Assembly (NCBI GenBank): GCA_002633005.1
Contig: NMRA01000736.1
Span: forward strand, 36,790-100,789
Reading direction: 5' to 3'
Origin: Phoronis australis
Taxonomy: Eukaryota > Animalia > Phoronida
DNA length: 64,000 nucleotides
Shown here: positions 10,003 through 22,700 of the stretch, one piece after another
How positions within the stretch are numbered: position 1 is the first letter of the stretch
How the letters are laid out: every line of letters starts with the position of its first letter
Notes under the pieces: generated by a model
The model's database searches: none
What the model was told of the DNA's origin: nothing
The model's input: only the letters and a program-made list of their open reading frames with translations
Translations under genes and position numbers: made by a program

Positions 10003-13000
10003 AAAGAAAAAGAAACTCACTTGGCAAAAATTCTTTTCAGAATTGGAAAGACCTGACTGCACACACCAATGGCAATTCTTATAGTTTCGACATGTAACAT
10101 ATTTTGGGTAACAGTTCTTTAAAACATGTTTTGTATGTTTTGCTGAGATGCATTAGGTGCGATCATTATTCATTTCTCTTCTGGGGACGGAAATGAGCCT
10201 TGTGATCTGTTCGGAGATCCGCAACTAATGCACCGATAATGACACAATGTGATTTACATTTCCTCAGTGGCTTAAACCCAAATCATTAGGCTTATTATTT
10301 AACCAGGAACGAATGAACAACAGACTGGGCAGTGTTTTATCAAAATCTCCAATGTTGATGGATTTCAGTAGGATGTTGGCAAACCCAAAAAAGAATTCAA
10401 GAAAAAAATATTCGGTTGCCATGGCAGCGCCAAAAATTACGTAACATTGGTACGTCCACGAGATACGTTATAAGTCATTAAACTGTTGACATTTTTCTGA
10501 TCTGTTTTATCTGAATTAGAAAAAAAACAAGGATCTTCACTGAAAACTCAAGAAGCAAATTCAAAACTTCTTGACAATGATATTTTATACGGTATTGAAA
10601 ATTGGAAAAAAAAATCGGGACGGGAAAAACAGTTTTTCAGAAATCATATTTTTTCAGTTGAGATTTTGAAAAAATGTTTCTGTAGTTTTTTAGATACACA
10701 TGTAAAGATAATGCATGCCAAATTTTATAAGTATAGCTCAAACAGCTTTATATTTACAACTTTTCTTAGCACCAAAATTCACATTTAGAGAAACCAAGAA
10801 AGAAAGCTAGCAAATAGAATGCATTTTTCGTTGTCATATCCTGTTATGTATGATAAAAACACAGTTTTAATGTCATTTTTAACAGAATTTAGTCAATGTT
10901 CATCCTAGCACCAAATGTGTTTTCTTTCTGGTCTTCCTGCTGTGTCAATTTGCAATTTTTGGTGGCCAACCTAGCTTCACGATTTCTGCTGTCTCCATGG
11001 ACTTGCTAGAACTAGTGAGTTTTTTCCACTAAATTTTGGCGATAACTCTCAATCCGCTCATCAGTGTTGTAGCAACCATTTTCTGCCAAAACACATGAAG
11101 GCAATACTTCGCATTCCAAGACAAGTCTGATTACAGTTCCAACACCGTAGTGACACAAAAATCCGCGTTTGTGCCAAGTGCAAGCGAACGACACCGCTAT
11201 CAAACTTTGAAAGAAATGCAGGAACTCAGTGTTATGACCATGTGTTATCAATTGATTTACCTCAAACTGTGCCACTGAAGAAGCATACAATCGAAAGTCA
11301 CGATCAACAGAGGTCAAGACTATTTCCTGTGAAAAGCCAGTATATTTCTCAGTTTTAATAAATGTCCAGGTTTCTTAAGAGCACCTACTAGGCCATAACA
11401 AATTATGTTGTTATTCTACTGGAACAGCATCCGGTCCTCTGGTCAACAAAACACCAGTGTCTGCGATGTCGACTTCCTCACCACTCAGCTGATTGTTATT
11501 GTGGCTATGAACGTAAACATTAGTCACTTTTTCCTGGAACCAGAGTCTGGAACATTTCCCTCACAGTCAGACAAAATTTAGCTTGAACTATCCTTCGACA
11601 ATTACCATTCGTTATCACCAGCGACACTGGCCGAGTTATTACACTCGTTGACTTGCGCCTTTTTGAATGCCAAATTTTGCCTCTCGTGGTTTGAAAGCTA
11701 TTATTTCGTGCTCCCCTTCACTAATTTACCCAAAAGTTCCCTGCACCGCTAGTTCTATTTACCCTATTTTCAACCCGTGTTGCATCGAAAAAGCAATAAA
11801 ATTCCGATCAAAACAGTCAAATTTGATGTAATCAAGGCATCAAAATGGCTGCCTGTTCTTGTTGGTTGCTAACGACGGGTATAAACGAAGCTGATCACGG
11901 GTGTCAATTGACCAATCAAAATGCGCCTTGTTATCTTCCGTAACTGTTCGGCAGCCAATAAGAATGCACAAAGTAAGGCCTATGAATATATTTCTCAGCC
12001 AAATAAACACAAAAATATCTTTATGTGAATGACAACATGCTGTAGAAGGCACAATACCCTTCAAAACAAGTTTGGTTAAGGTACATCGGTGTTGCAGGGC
12101 AACGTAAATTTTGTGGACATGTTACTCAAAAAAAGTGATTGTGGGCATGGGCCTTATAGCGCAGCACTCTGTGTACCTCTTCGTAAAAGGTCAATAGATT
12201 GTTGCATTCAGTTGATGAAGCGTTAGGCCGCTTAGGACACGCTTTTTAGGTACGACACTGGCTTTCGATAAAATACCAAGACATGGTTACAGTAATGGTA
12301 AAACTTACATGTATAGTTGACCATACTCTGCTTGCATAGTTGATGGATGAAGGGTGGAGGTAGTTACTGAAACATATCTTGTAAAAGAACATTGTCATTT
12401 TGATACATTTTTATACTATCAAGGGAGTTGTGTGTTTTGGGCGATTTAGTCGAACTGCGTACAAAATGCAACTAATAAAAATAGCAATGATTCATACCGG
12501 AAGTGTTACATAGTGAGCGTTTTCAATCAGTTTCATACGGTTGGGTGACGCATTTTCTGTTCTGTTGACTATGTACGTTGGCCGAGACGATACCCGATAT
12601 GGATTCCCAGACCCGATACATAATTTCCCATTTGAATTGAGGAAAACACAATGGCAGGGCAACGGACCAATACGGCGGTCCGTAAAGTTTCTGACTGCGG
12701 ATCCACATTATTGCAATTTTAATAATTTACCCCTTGCGTGAGAGACCCAGCTTCGGAAGGTAAATTGTAATCTCTACACTGTACGTAGACCCTATAGGCA
12801 CCGCACTTACATCGTGCTATAATCCTTGAATGACAAGTTTTGGACTTGAATAACTGTGAATTTTACTATACGTCACGCTCAATAGAGGGTGCCTGCCATA
12901 AGAGCATGAACATGGCGGCGACCATAACGAAGCTCAAAAGTGTGTTTTGGCCGCAGTAAGCGTGTAGACCTCAATCAAGCGCGGCTTACAGTGGAAATAC

Positions 13001-13323
13001 CCGTGCAATGTGTGCAGTACGAAAAAAAGATGGTTTACAGTGTGATTCGTGTGACTTGTGAAGTCGTGGCTAAAATGTTTGATGCATTCAAACTTTCAAA
13101 ACAACGGAATGAACTACTTGGAAATTTAGATGCAAGTTGGTTTCGTTTTACAGGCCACTACCCGCATTGTCCGTTATGCGTCACCAACTATTCCGTTTCC
13201 TCGAAGCAATTTTGGATTCAGGCCTTTCTGCTTAAAGACGGGATTATAGCTGGCGATAAGTTCTTTTAGGGTTGTCGAATACTGAAGGGCAGCACTTGAC
13301 GCAAATATTGTACGAGGCCCACG

Positions 13324-13560
13324 CTTATGGATCTCAGCAAAGCGTTTGACTCTCTTCTCAGTCGACCTCTTATCGCCAAACTGTGGTGCTATGGATTGTC
13401 ATACTCGGTCTGCTCATACATATTGTCATATAGTACGTAACTACCTCAACCTAGGCACCGTATTTATTATGTCTGGCATTTGTATTGAGTGGTTACCACT
13501 GGAGAAAAGTGTCCCACAAAGGCCAGTCGTGGAATCTGTTCTTTAGAACATTTTTATGTT
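13324..13560 (+). pseudogene. Decayed non-LTR retrotransposon (CR1/L2 group) reverse transcriptase fragment
   Basis: LMDLSKAFDSLLSRPLIAKLWCYGLS...SY, then after a frameshift EWLPLEKSVPQRPVVESVL*NIF, corresponding to the DLSKAFD and GVPQGSxLGPxLFNIF motifs. Confidence 0.8.
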
Positions 13561-15088
13561 TCATCTATTATTTTGTAAATTATTTTATTTTATTTTTTTA
13601 CAATCTCAGCACGTGCTCACAATCTATGCGGGTGATAATATCTTTTATTATACAGCGTACACAGGTGATGATACGGTCGTGAAATACCTGTAACTGTTAC
13701 CACACCGTGAAATATGTCAGAACTACATTTCCGTATTTTTCACTGGCGAAGATAACCCTGCTGAAGCCACATGCATTACGGTATTTGGCTGGAAAATCTA
13801 TAAGAGTAACGCTAGTTCATTTAGCTCACCTGTATTTATAATATCACTCACGTCTCACAATTCTGTACAGGTGTTAGTGCCACCAAGACTTGGATAAACA
13901 CCTTACCAATGACAACTGAACCAAATATACGTGTGTATAGAATAAATCATAAACACATCAATCAAATACCATCTAAAATTTTAATTCAACAAACTTGATG
14001 AGAATTAAGGTGCGCAAACACACGCAACCTAAGCGATACCCAGACCTCATTTGGTTAACTAGTTGTAAATTAGTCGTTGCTATGGTAAGTATATCACTAC
14101 GCCAAACACAAAAATCATAACAACCGGGTCCCAAAGGTGTTTTATTTAGTCAATAAAAGAAAATAATAATAATACCTAGAGCTGTTCCTTGTCAGCCTGT
14201 GGTGTGAGATTTTGGAATGTACTGCCAAGCAGTGCCAGAGAATTCGACAAGCAAATTCAAAACATCTTAATATTGAAACAGGACCGCACTGCAAATGTTC
14301 AAAAATCACACTTGCGATGCGCTTTTTTAATTGTTTATTTATCCGAGTAGTATGTACTGTTTTTAAATATTTTCTCTGTTTTAAATCATACTAGCCCCTT
14401 GGCTAAAGTTTGTCTGCTTTATAAATGAATTGAAATGAACTGACGTCGGCAAAATGAGCTAATAAGCGAACACAACAGCGACTCACTGTGTTTGACTTGC
14501 CAACAGCGTCACTCTTCCGGTTTGAAGAATTGTTGATTTGATTTTTCAAAAAAAAATCAATTTAGAAATATTCACTTAACGAGTTCATGTCCATTAGCAT
14601 GTGACATATGCATGAAGTACGATGCACACGATGCCGCTTGTACCAGGTCTGGGTTACGCCTATCTTCAAACATGTTTTCCCGACACCATGAAAGCAAAAT
14701 ACAACACCAATGGCCACCCAGTGTACAACATTTTTGCAACAGGCCATACATTAAAGGGACACGCTAATGTGTTTCACAATGCTCATATTGACACATATAC
14801 AACCAGGTGTTTCGTTTTACACAGATATACATGTAGTCATTGAACTTAATTCTTTGGATCTGAAAATAATCAACAGTTAGCGGAAACTGCGTCGAGTCAC
14901 TCATATATAACAGCCCTAGACAAACCTAAGAATTAGCCAAACGACAGCAATTCTGACACTCTTATTATTTTACTTTTTCGGAAGTGTAAAAAAATGCTTA
15001 CAGCTCAAATATCTGCATGAATCGAGTTAAGATTTATGGATGAGCAGTAGTGTTTAAACCCTATGGCAAAATATATCTGAAGAAGGAC

Positions 15089-18000
15089 CAAACAAGACGC
15101 ATTTCTGGAAAATGTGCATGTTAGAGGCATTTTTTAGTAAAAGTGGAGAACCTATCTTTTTAGCATAATTATGGTGTGCTGATTTCGATTATGCCTGTTC
15201 CCAAGCTGGATTTTGAGTTTTTGACCATCTAATTTTCATAAACAAAATGGCCGCCAAACCAACAAGATAAGAAACATTCGTAAGACCAGGAGTAAGATAT
15301 GTGACGAATAATTAGGAATTTTTTGCTAAAAAACATAGTATAAGTTTGTTTAGATCACTTAAATTTAAGAGCATATTAATGAACGTCATTAAATTCCCAA
15401 TTATGCTAATTAGTTTCCGCCATTACCAAAAAATTCAAATTTCGTTGTAACTTTATCAATTTGCAGGCAAACATGACAAATAAGGTGTCTATACCTATGT
15501 TTTGAAGGTCTAGAAAAATCGTTATGACACATGTGAAGCTTTTTATTTCATCTTCACTAAGTTACAAATGCTCATTAATAAAGTTTGAGAATTAAATTAG
15601 AAATCATGATTATCAATGCCTTTTGCGAACATTCAATTTTTTAGATAAGACATCAAAGTATTGTAAACATAACATGACTTTTAAATACTGTTGTAAAGAT
15701 ATGCATGGCCATATCGTCCCATTTTGGACAGGAACATGCCGTCCTCATAGTCGACCAAGCACTCTGCAGCAGAGTAGTAGAGCTTACGTGGTCGGTCCCA
15801 GAATATCAAAATATGTTAATACAGTACATCGTTTAGTGGTTCTTCACGTATCAATGAAATGTATCAAGGCCATAGAAGATGACATGAGTGATTCCAGAAT
15901 AGCTGAGGTGTGTATAGAGAGTGCAGTACTTGGTCACGACCTATGGAACTGGTCCTCAGTGGAAAGTCGTACAGCAAAGTTACGGTATGAGGGCACACAA
16001 ACTGTCTTTGCAAGCTCAGTGGCATCTCCTGCATGCGCCAAGCTTTCTCTCGTTTATTGCAGAAGCAACTGTCATGCTTGTATTACCAGTATGTCTGCAG
16101 ATGATGATCCACAGAAAATTCCGGAGTTTTTAACATTTCTCAGTTAGGATAAGTTCAAGAAACTCCTGGGCATTTTGTCAACAGTAGTTCTGATGATGTG
16201 AATTTCAGCTTCTGGTGGAGTTACATGTACATGGTTCCAATATTGTTAAAGTACATGCTCTCAACGGGATGGTATTTTGGAACTGCATCTCTATTCATTT
16301 ACTCTCGTGCTGCCCCACCGAATTATGCCCGAGTTGGATGCGGTCTTTTTAGCCGAGATGCATCAGCTTCCTCAGTCTGTTTGGTCAGAGTTTCAAGCAG
16401 GAAATTTTGTAGTCAAGCGATCTCCTCATATGCTCTGTCAGGTAGATTCTGACCAGTGGGTAAATAGGGCAGGCAAAAAGGAGGTGGTATCATCGGTAAT
16501 ACCAAAACCTCGTCAGCTCTATGGAGGTGGACACTCTCATTTAATCTGAAATCTCATATAGCTGAACAAACTTATTGCTGTGGGAGTACATAGTTTCATA
16601 ACGAAGTCACGAGGCAACTGTCTAGAGTTCCCTTCTTTACGCATTCCATATCGATTGAAGGTCTTCTCGTCTGCAAGGCCTTAGCTGCCACAAAACCTTG
16701 CAACAAAAGACCTAGTAACAGCACTAATCCAAGAGTCACTTTTACATGCCAAGGAACTTGGACACGAACAAATTAAGAAATATGTTCGAGACCGATTATC
16801 AGTGAGCAATGCGATAATTCAGAGTTTCAGACGTGTCAATTCACGCGCCTATGCGCAAAAATAATGCCCCAACATTTGCCAACTTATATGATGCGGTGAA
16901 GCAAACCAAAGACAAAGACAAGAAAATAGTTCTTAAGGCAGAGAGAGATATACTTCGCTGCCTAGCTACGGCTTATGAGGCGGGTCGGCCAGTTGATTTG
17001 CCGTCTTTGCTCAAACGCGAGCTTCTTCCAGTCCATGTTTTCTTACAGAAACGAGTGGCACATTGCGCACTGCAGATAAATCTTCACTTGCCGAAGTATT
17101 AATAGTTAACACATCGACTGTCCTAAAAGAATTCAACTTCATGGCTCGCCCGCTTGCCTCGTTTTTGATGGCGAAGCATTGCTGTTAGCTCTTGGGAAGC
17201 CTGATGGTGATGTGACCTTCGAGAACCTGGCTGATTCATTCATGAAACAGTGCTAAACACAGGATTTCGATATCATAAAACTGACATTGTATTTGACAGA
17301 TACAGACAAGAAACTATGAAGTACTCCTTAGTAAAGGAATACAGCAAATCAGGTGATTTTTGGAAGGCCGTGGTGTACCTCTTCCTCGAAATTGGTCAAA
17401 TTTTCGGGAACTGGCTGAGAATAAAGCAGACCTAGCACATTTATTGTCAGAGGAACTGTGTTTGTAGACGCCTGAAGATAAAGAGGTTATGGTTGCAGGA
17501 GGTTCAAAGATGAGCTGGAAGTCAATTAAATCATCTAAGGATATGACTGATTTGAGGTCTCTGAAATCTGCACATGAAGAAGCAGATGCAAGACTGGTAC
17601 TGCATGTTGTCCACAGTCAGTCGTATTTTCCAGGGACACCCGATGTTCTACTGCATCTGGTATCGCACTTCCAGCAAATGCAAAGTGAGCACAGCTGAAT
17701 GATGTCAGGCACATCAAAGAAATGACGATATATACGTATTGAAGCACTTTTCAACAAACTATTAAGAGACTCAGCAACATCCTTGTTTGCTTTTCATGCT
17801 GTGACCGGGTTTGGAACCAACTCGTACTTTTTTGCCAATCTCATGAAACAATCATCATGGAAGGTGTTCCCAGAGCATCACAGATTGCTTAAAAACCCCT
17901 GCATTGGTTAACTCACTGAGTAAATTACGATGGCTTCAGAATTATTTGTCTGCAGACTATACGACTTGACCAGAACAGTCCTGTAGATGTAGCACGCCAT

Positions 18001-19096
18001 TTACTATTCTCCAAGCCCGTGAACCCAGAAGTCCTTCCCCCCAACGCTTAATGCCCGCCGTTTCCATCTGATGAGAGTGCACTACCAGGTCAAGGTATGG
18101 CGAAATGATCACTGTTCCATACCTGAGCTCCCAGCACCCTCTGATATGGGAGGGACACACAAACTTATGCTTGCAGCTCATACTGATGACACATAGTTCT
18201 ATCCCAGACAGCTGCCTAGAGATGGTATTCTGTGCATGCCAGATATAACGCAATAGCAGACAATGCAAATGCAAGAAATATGGATTTCAATGCATATAAT
18301 TATGCTCATGCCAGCAGCACAATGATGATCAGATTCCTTGTATGCAAACAGTTTGATTTGCCTGGCTCTAGGCATGTTAAAAAGTACTAAAACTAAAAAG
18401 TGAATGCTAAAACTGTGTTCAACAGGCCTGAAAACAATTCATGCAACTGGGAATATAATGTCTTCAATAACAATAACTATGATTTTTTATGAATGAAAGA
18501 TAACGGTATAGTGTAAACATTTGTCCTATTTTCCATCAAAATAGTGACACCTTGCTTGACGACCATTGCAGATTCACTATTTTTTCCACATTATGTAAGT
18601 ATACATCTATAACCCAATAAATATGAAATAAATTGCTCCAAAAATGTCTTTAGCATGTTTGTTGACCATGAAAATATAAGTATTAACACCTCATTTTTCA
18701 AGTTCTCCTGCAGGAACACAAACTTAAGACGCAAATTACATCGTATGGTAATGGCGGCACCTAATTTGCATAATTAGTTTTCAGAGTTGCATTTTTTAGT
18801 ATTCATAAGTGATTTATTGCTCAAGAAGTATTTATAAGAAGTGTACAGATGAGACATTTCACCATTTTAAATGGTATATGGTGATTTCTATTATAAAAAT
18901 ACATCTGAACTTGACAATTTGGCCGCCATTTTGTTTATGCAAATTAGATGGTCAAAAATGCAAAATTCGGCTTGGGAACAGGGTTAGTTGAATTCGCCAT
19001 ATCTTGATTGTGTGAAAAAGTCTTGTTCCCAACTTTTACTAAAAAATGCTTCTAGAACCTTATACAGGGCTCTTTTCAGGAAATGCGTCTAGACTA
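15089..19096 (+). mobile_element. Academ-superfamily DNA transposon, decayed, near full length
   Basis: Long imperfect TIRs (15095-15258 vs 18919-19090, sharing e.g. gcattttttagtaaaagt, ctgttcccaagc, tttttgaccatctaattt, cataaacaaaatggc). The right end finishes ...tctagacta, fitting the Academ TAG...CTA termini. The left terminal bases are eroded and no TSD is visible. Confidence 0.85.
15840..18320 (+). pseudogene. Academ transposase with XPG-like nuclease region and C-terminal Cys-rich finger; many stops and frameshifts
   Basis: Motifs in the expected order across frames: MSDSRIAEVCIESAVLG, GMRAHKLSLQA, FWWSYMYMV, NYAR, LAEMHQLP...EFQAGNFVVKRS, IVFDRY, HEEADARLVLH, FHAVTG, LPPT...FHLMRVHYQVKVW, and C-x-C...CKCKKYGFQC.LCSC. 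Confidence 0.85.
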
Positions 19097-19555
19097 AAGC
19101 AGTAAAATGTTTCACTCGACTTTTAAAAAGTTTTGCTCCAAAAACTCACCAGTTTTTGTTCGGAAGTATCCCTTCGTCATGTGAAGTAATAGTTGGAAAT
19201 ACAGATGCAATAGTTTTAACATTTAAACACATTCTCTGGTGTAATTGGGAGTGGAATTGTGTGTGAACACAAAAACCTTACAGGACATGGTAGATATCAG
19301 TCATTCAGATGTACATGTTTAGAAATCCATGCTATGGTACAATACGTTACATATACTGTACATGTATGGCGAGACTTGGTCGAGAATTACATTCCAAGCA
19401 ACCCGTTTACTCCAATGACAGTAATTGAAGAGCTAATATACATACACAGTTGCTTTGAAAAAGTTGAAGATATTTCTTGTCGTTGAAATTCGCCGAAATC
19501 TCAAAGCACTGACATCTCCAGTTCAATTTCTAGTCGTTTAGTTTTTTTTTTTCGT

Positions 19556-19561
19556 TTTATT
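19556..19561 (-). terminator. Candidate polyadenylation signal of Amt
   Basis: tttatt on the + strand, i.e. AATAAA on the - strand, downstream of the stop at 19692. Confidence 0.4.
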
Positions 19562-19691
19562 TTCTGTGACAAAGCTGGGCAAATTTTGATGAAAATTATC
19601 ATCTTGCTTTGAAATTGTACCGGCATTACAGCGTGTTATCTACTAAAACCTCTTGTAAATCAATAGCTTTTTCGATATTGTCAAATTGATT

Positions 19692-19771
19692 TCACATGAC
19701 AGTATCTTCCACAGTGTAAACTGCTGTGTTTTTAAAACCACCGTTTTCGCAGCCACGTAATCCTTGATTTC
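19692..19771 (-). CDS. Amt: Amt probable last coding exon
   Basis: tttttggtttcag acceptor with compatible phase 1. [26 protein letters not shown], with AATAAA about 130 nt downstream. Confidence 0.7.
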
Positions 19772-22700
19772 CTGAAACCAAAAATGGGACAGAACAATCT
19801 CCCTTCACTTGAATCGAAACTTCAAAATTCCATTTCAGAAATAAATTGATTGCGATTCTTTCATTAAAACCTTTTTTAGGAAATCTTTGCAATTCCAAGA
19901 GTACATGTAAGTGCATTCAATACGTGACCAATGTTGACCTTGCCAAGGGGTAACTACATGACCCATGCAAGCGCAAACCAACTATTTAGGCTACCAAAGC
20001 TTATCAACAAAGCGTGAACAAAATGTACATGTATATTAATTTTGGCTTACGTCTGAATTCAATTTAATAGCGTAGGTTGTATGTTGCTAAACTTCTTTAC
20101 GTGTTTAAAACGATGAATCTTATTCTGTACACCTCACGTCCAGCATGCGGGGTATTGGCCTACCGTTTGGATATATATGCGTAGCAGATTCCGTGTATTT
20201 GCTGGGACCGCCTCCATAACCACCCCATCCGTCTCCATAAGACTGGTAAGGGTAGGCCGGTTCTCCGTGTTTAGGGATGTCTAGCCCTAGAAGAATAGGA
20301 ATGTGGATGTATCACTTTTGCAACAACAGATTAGGTTATAGACTATATATCCAAAACCAAAGCGTTTTTTCACGCGAACAGATGAACATTGTTTTAAGAT
20401 GCATGGTTCATTTCAGAAAAATGTGTCTGTGGGTCAATTGACCCACAACGCCTCAAGTCTATGGGTCAGTATTGAACACCCATAGGTCATCAATTTGTGT
20501 CGGTTATTCATGAATTCGCGGCTTTTCTTCATCTTTTTATGCCTCAGATTTGCCATTTTTTGAAAAGTTGCCAAGATAACTTATTGAAAGACTACAGTTA
20601 TGCATCCAGGAATTAATACGCGTCGCAAAATGCTGCCTACACACCAGGCCAACGAGCACTACCCGCGCATGCGTGGAAAAAGGTCACTATAATATAATTT
20701 CCACTGGAAACTCGTACATCGTAATGCCCGGCATTTTACTGCTAAAAGAGGGCAACGAGAAGCTTTATGTCAATCTCTACCATTCTTAAATTTCAACCGA
20801 CAGTTACACTAATTACATGTATACATGTACATATACCCCGCTGGACAAGACGCTGTCGGACGCTAATATACAAGTATTCCGTGAAAAAAAGAAACAAAAA
20901 TCTTTTTAAGTGTGGTGGGTTGGGCTATTGTCTGATAGCACGAGTCACTATTTAAATTCTGATGTTCATAGGCTAGTCATCGATAGGCAAATGCCCACGC
21001 GGGTTCTCTGGGGTCCGCATGTTTTGAATCAAGACCCCCTATCGCTTACGTTGTTTTTGTTTTTGTTGCTTTGCTCATTTGTTATAATCAGGTGCTTTAC
21101 AATTGATACATAATAATGCCCGCGATATGACAACACAAGCGTGAGTAACGCAGCTGTGGACTCGAGATGTACAAACCTTGTGCATCAATGAATTTTTTGC
21201 GCCAATGACGAGGGGCGCGGCATAAAATACATGTATATCCATGAGACCAGCATCTCGAAATTCAGGCATTAAGAAAACGAAACATTAATACAGTAATGTA
21301 TAAACATCCACCCAACATATTGAACGGTGTACATGCGCACACCCACCGTTAAATATAGCGAGGGACGAAATTCTGACGATGCGGACCTTTTACGAAAAAA
21401 AAACGGGGTACCACTCTTCAGAGCTATTATATGATTTGTGCATTTGTACCTTTTTAGGAGACTTTTGTCTCGTTTTCTCGGACTTTTTATTTCTCTGGGC
21501 GGACGTTTTTGCCCACTTCGCCAAATGGAGGGGGAGGGGGGGGCTCGTTGGAGTCCCCGATCCCCCCTGGGTGTACATGTATAAGAATGCATTGCGTACG
21601 CGACAGTGCTGTCGGTTGGCAGACTTCGTGCATATTCTTTGAAACACATGTCGTGATCTGTTGTTCTTTGGAGGATTGACAGATATAGCGAGAGTTTAAA
21701 GAATGCTGTCAGTCAACAATATGGTTGTGTATTCAATGAATTCTTTCTACAAGAAGGGCTTTTGCCAAACTAAACAAGCCAAGCTTTAAGGAATTTTTGC
21801 ATGCATAACATGCTGATTGAATCCTTTTTAAGGAACCTATTTACACTCACCTTTTTCTTCGATTTCTTTGCTGACCCGTAATATTTTAAATACGCTCATC
21901 AATCCGAACATTATAATACATATGACCGCACTCCATCCGGCAATCGCCAAACAACCCAACAGGTTCATGCCGAGAGATTTAAACGACTCCGACGAGAAGG
22001 TGTATAGAATACCCGTGTTGCGCTTGAAGATAGGCACACTGAGTACACCCCAAAAGCCGGACCCCGCGTGTACTATAACGAAATATAGCATATATTAAAG
22101 CCTAAGACCGTGATTAAAAGATATCAGTTCATTTACATTCACCAAATTATTGCACAAAAGTTTCGTCAGTCAAAANNNNNNNNNNNNNNNNNNNNNNNNN
22201 NNNNNNNNNNNNNNNNNNNNNNNNNNNNNNNNNNNNNNNNNNNNNNNNNNNNNNNNNNNNNNNNNNNNNNNNNNNNNNNNNNNNNNNNNNNNNNNNNNNN
22301 NNNNNNNNNNNNNNNNNNNNNNNNNNNNNNNNNNNNNNNNNNNNNNNNNNNNNNNNNNNNNNNNNNNNNNNNNNNNNNNNNNNNNNNNNNNNNNNNNNNN
22401 NNNNNNNNNNNNNNNNNNNNNNNNNNNNNNNNNNNNNNNNNNNNNNNNNNNNNNNNNNNNNNNNNNNNNNNNNNNNNNNNNNNNNNNNNNNNNNNNNNNN
22501 NNNNNNNNNNNNNNNNNNNNNNNNNNNNNNNNNNNNNNNNNNNNNNNNNNNNNNNNNNNNNNNNNNNNNNNNNNNNNNNNNNNNNNNNNNNNNNNNNNNN
22601 NNNNNNNNNNNNNNNNNNNNNNNNNNNNNNNNNNNNNNNNNNNNNNNNNNNNNNNNNNNNNNNNNNNNNNNNNNNNNNNNNNNNNNNNNNNNNNNNNNNN

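Noticed and set aside
15623-18274. Cluster of short ORFs as a multi-gene system
   Set aside because: They are frameshifted pieces and antisense shadows of one Academ transposase.
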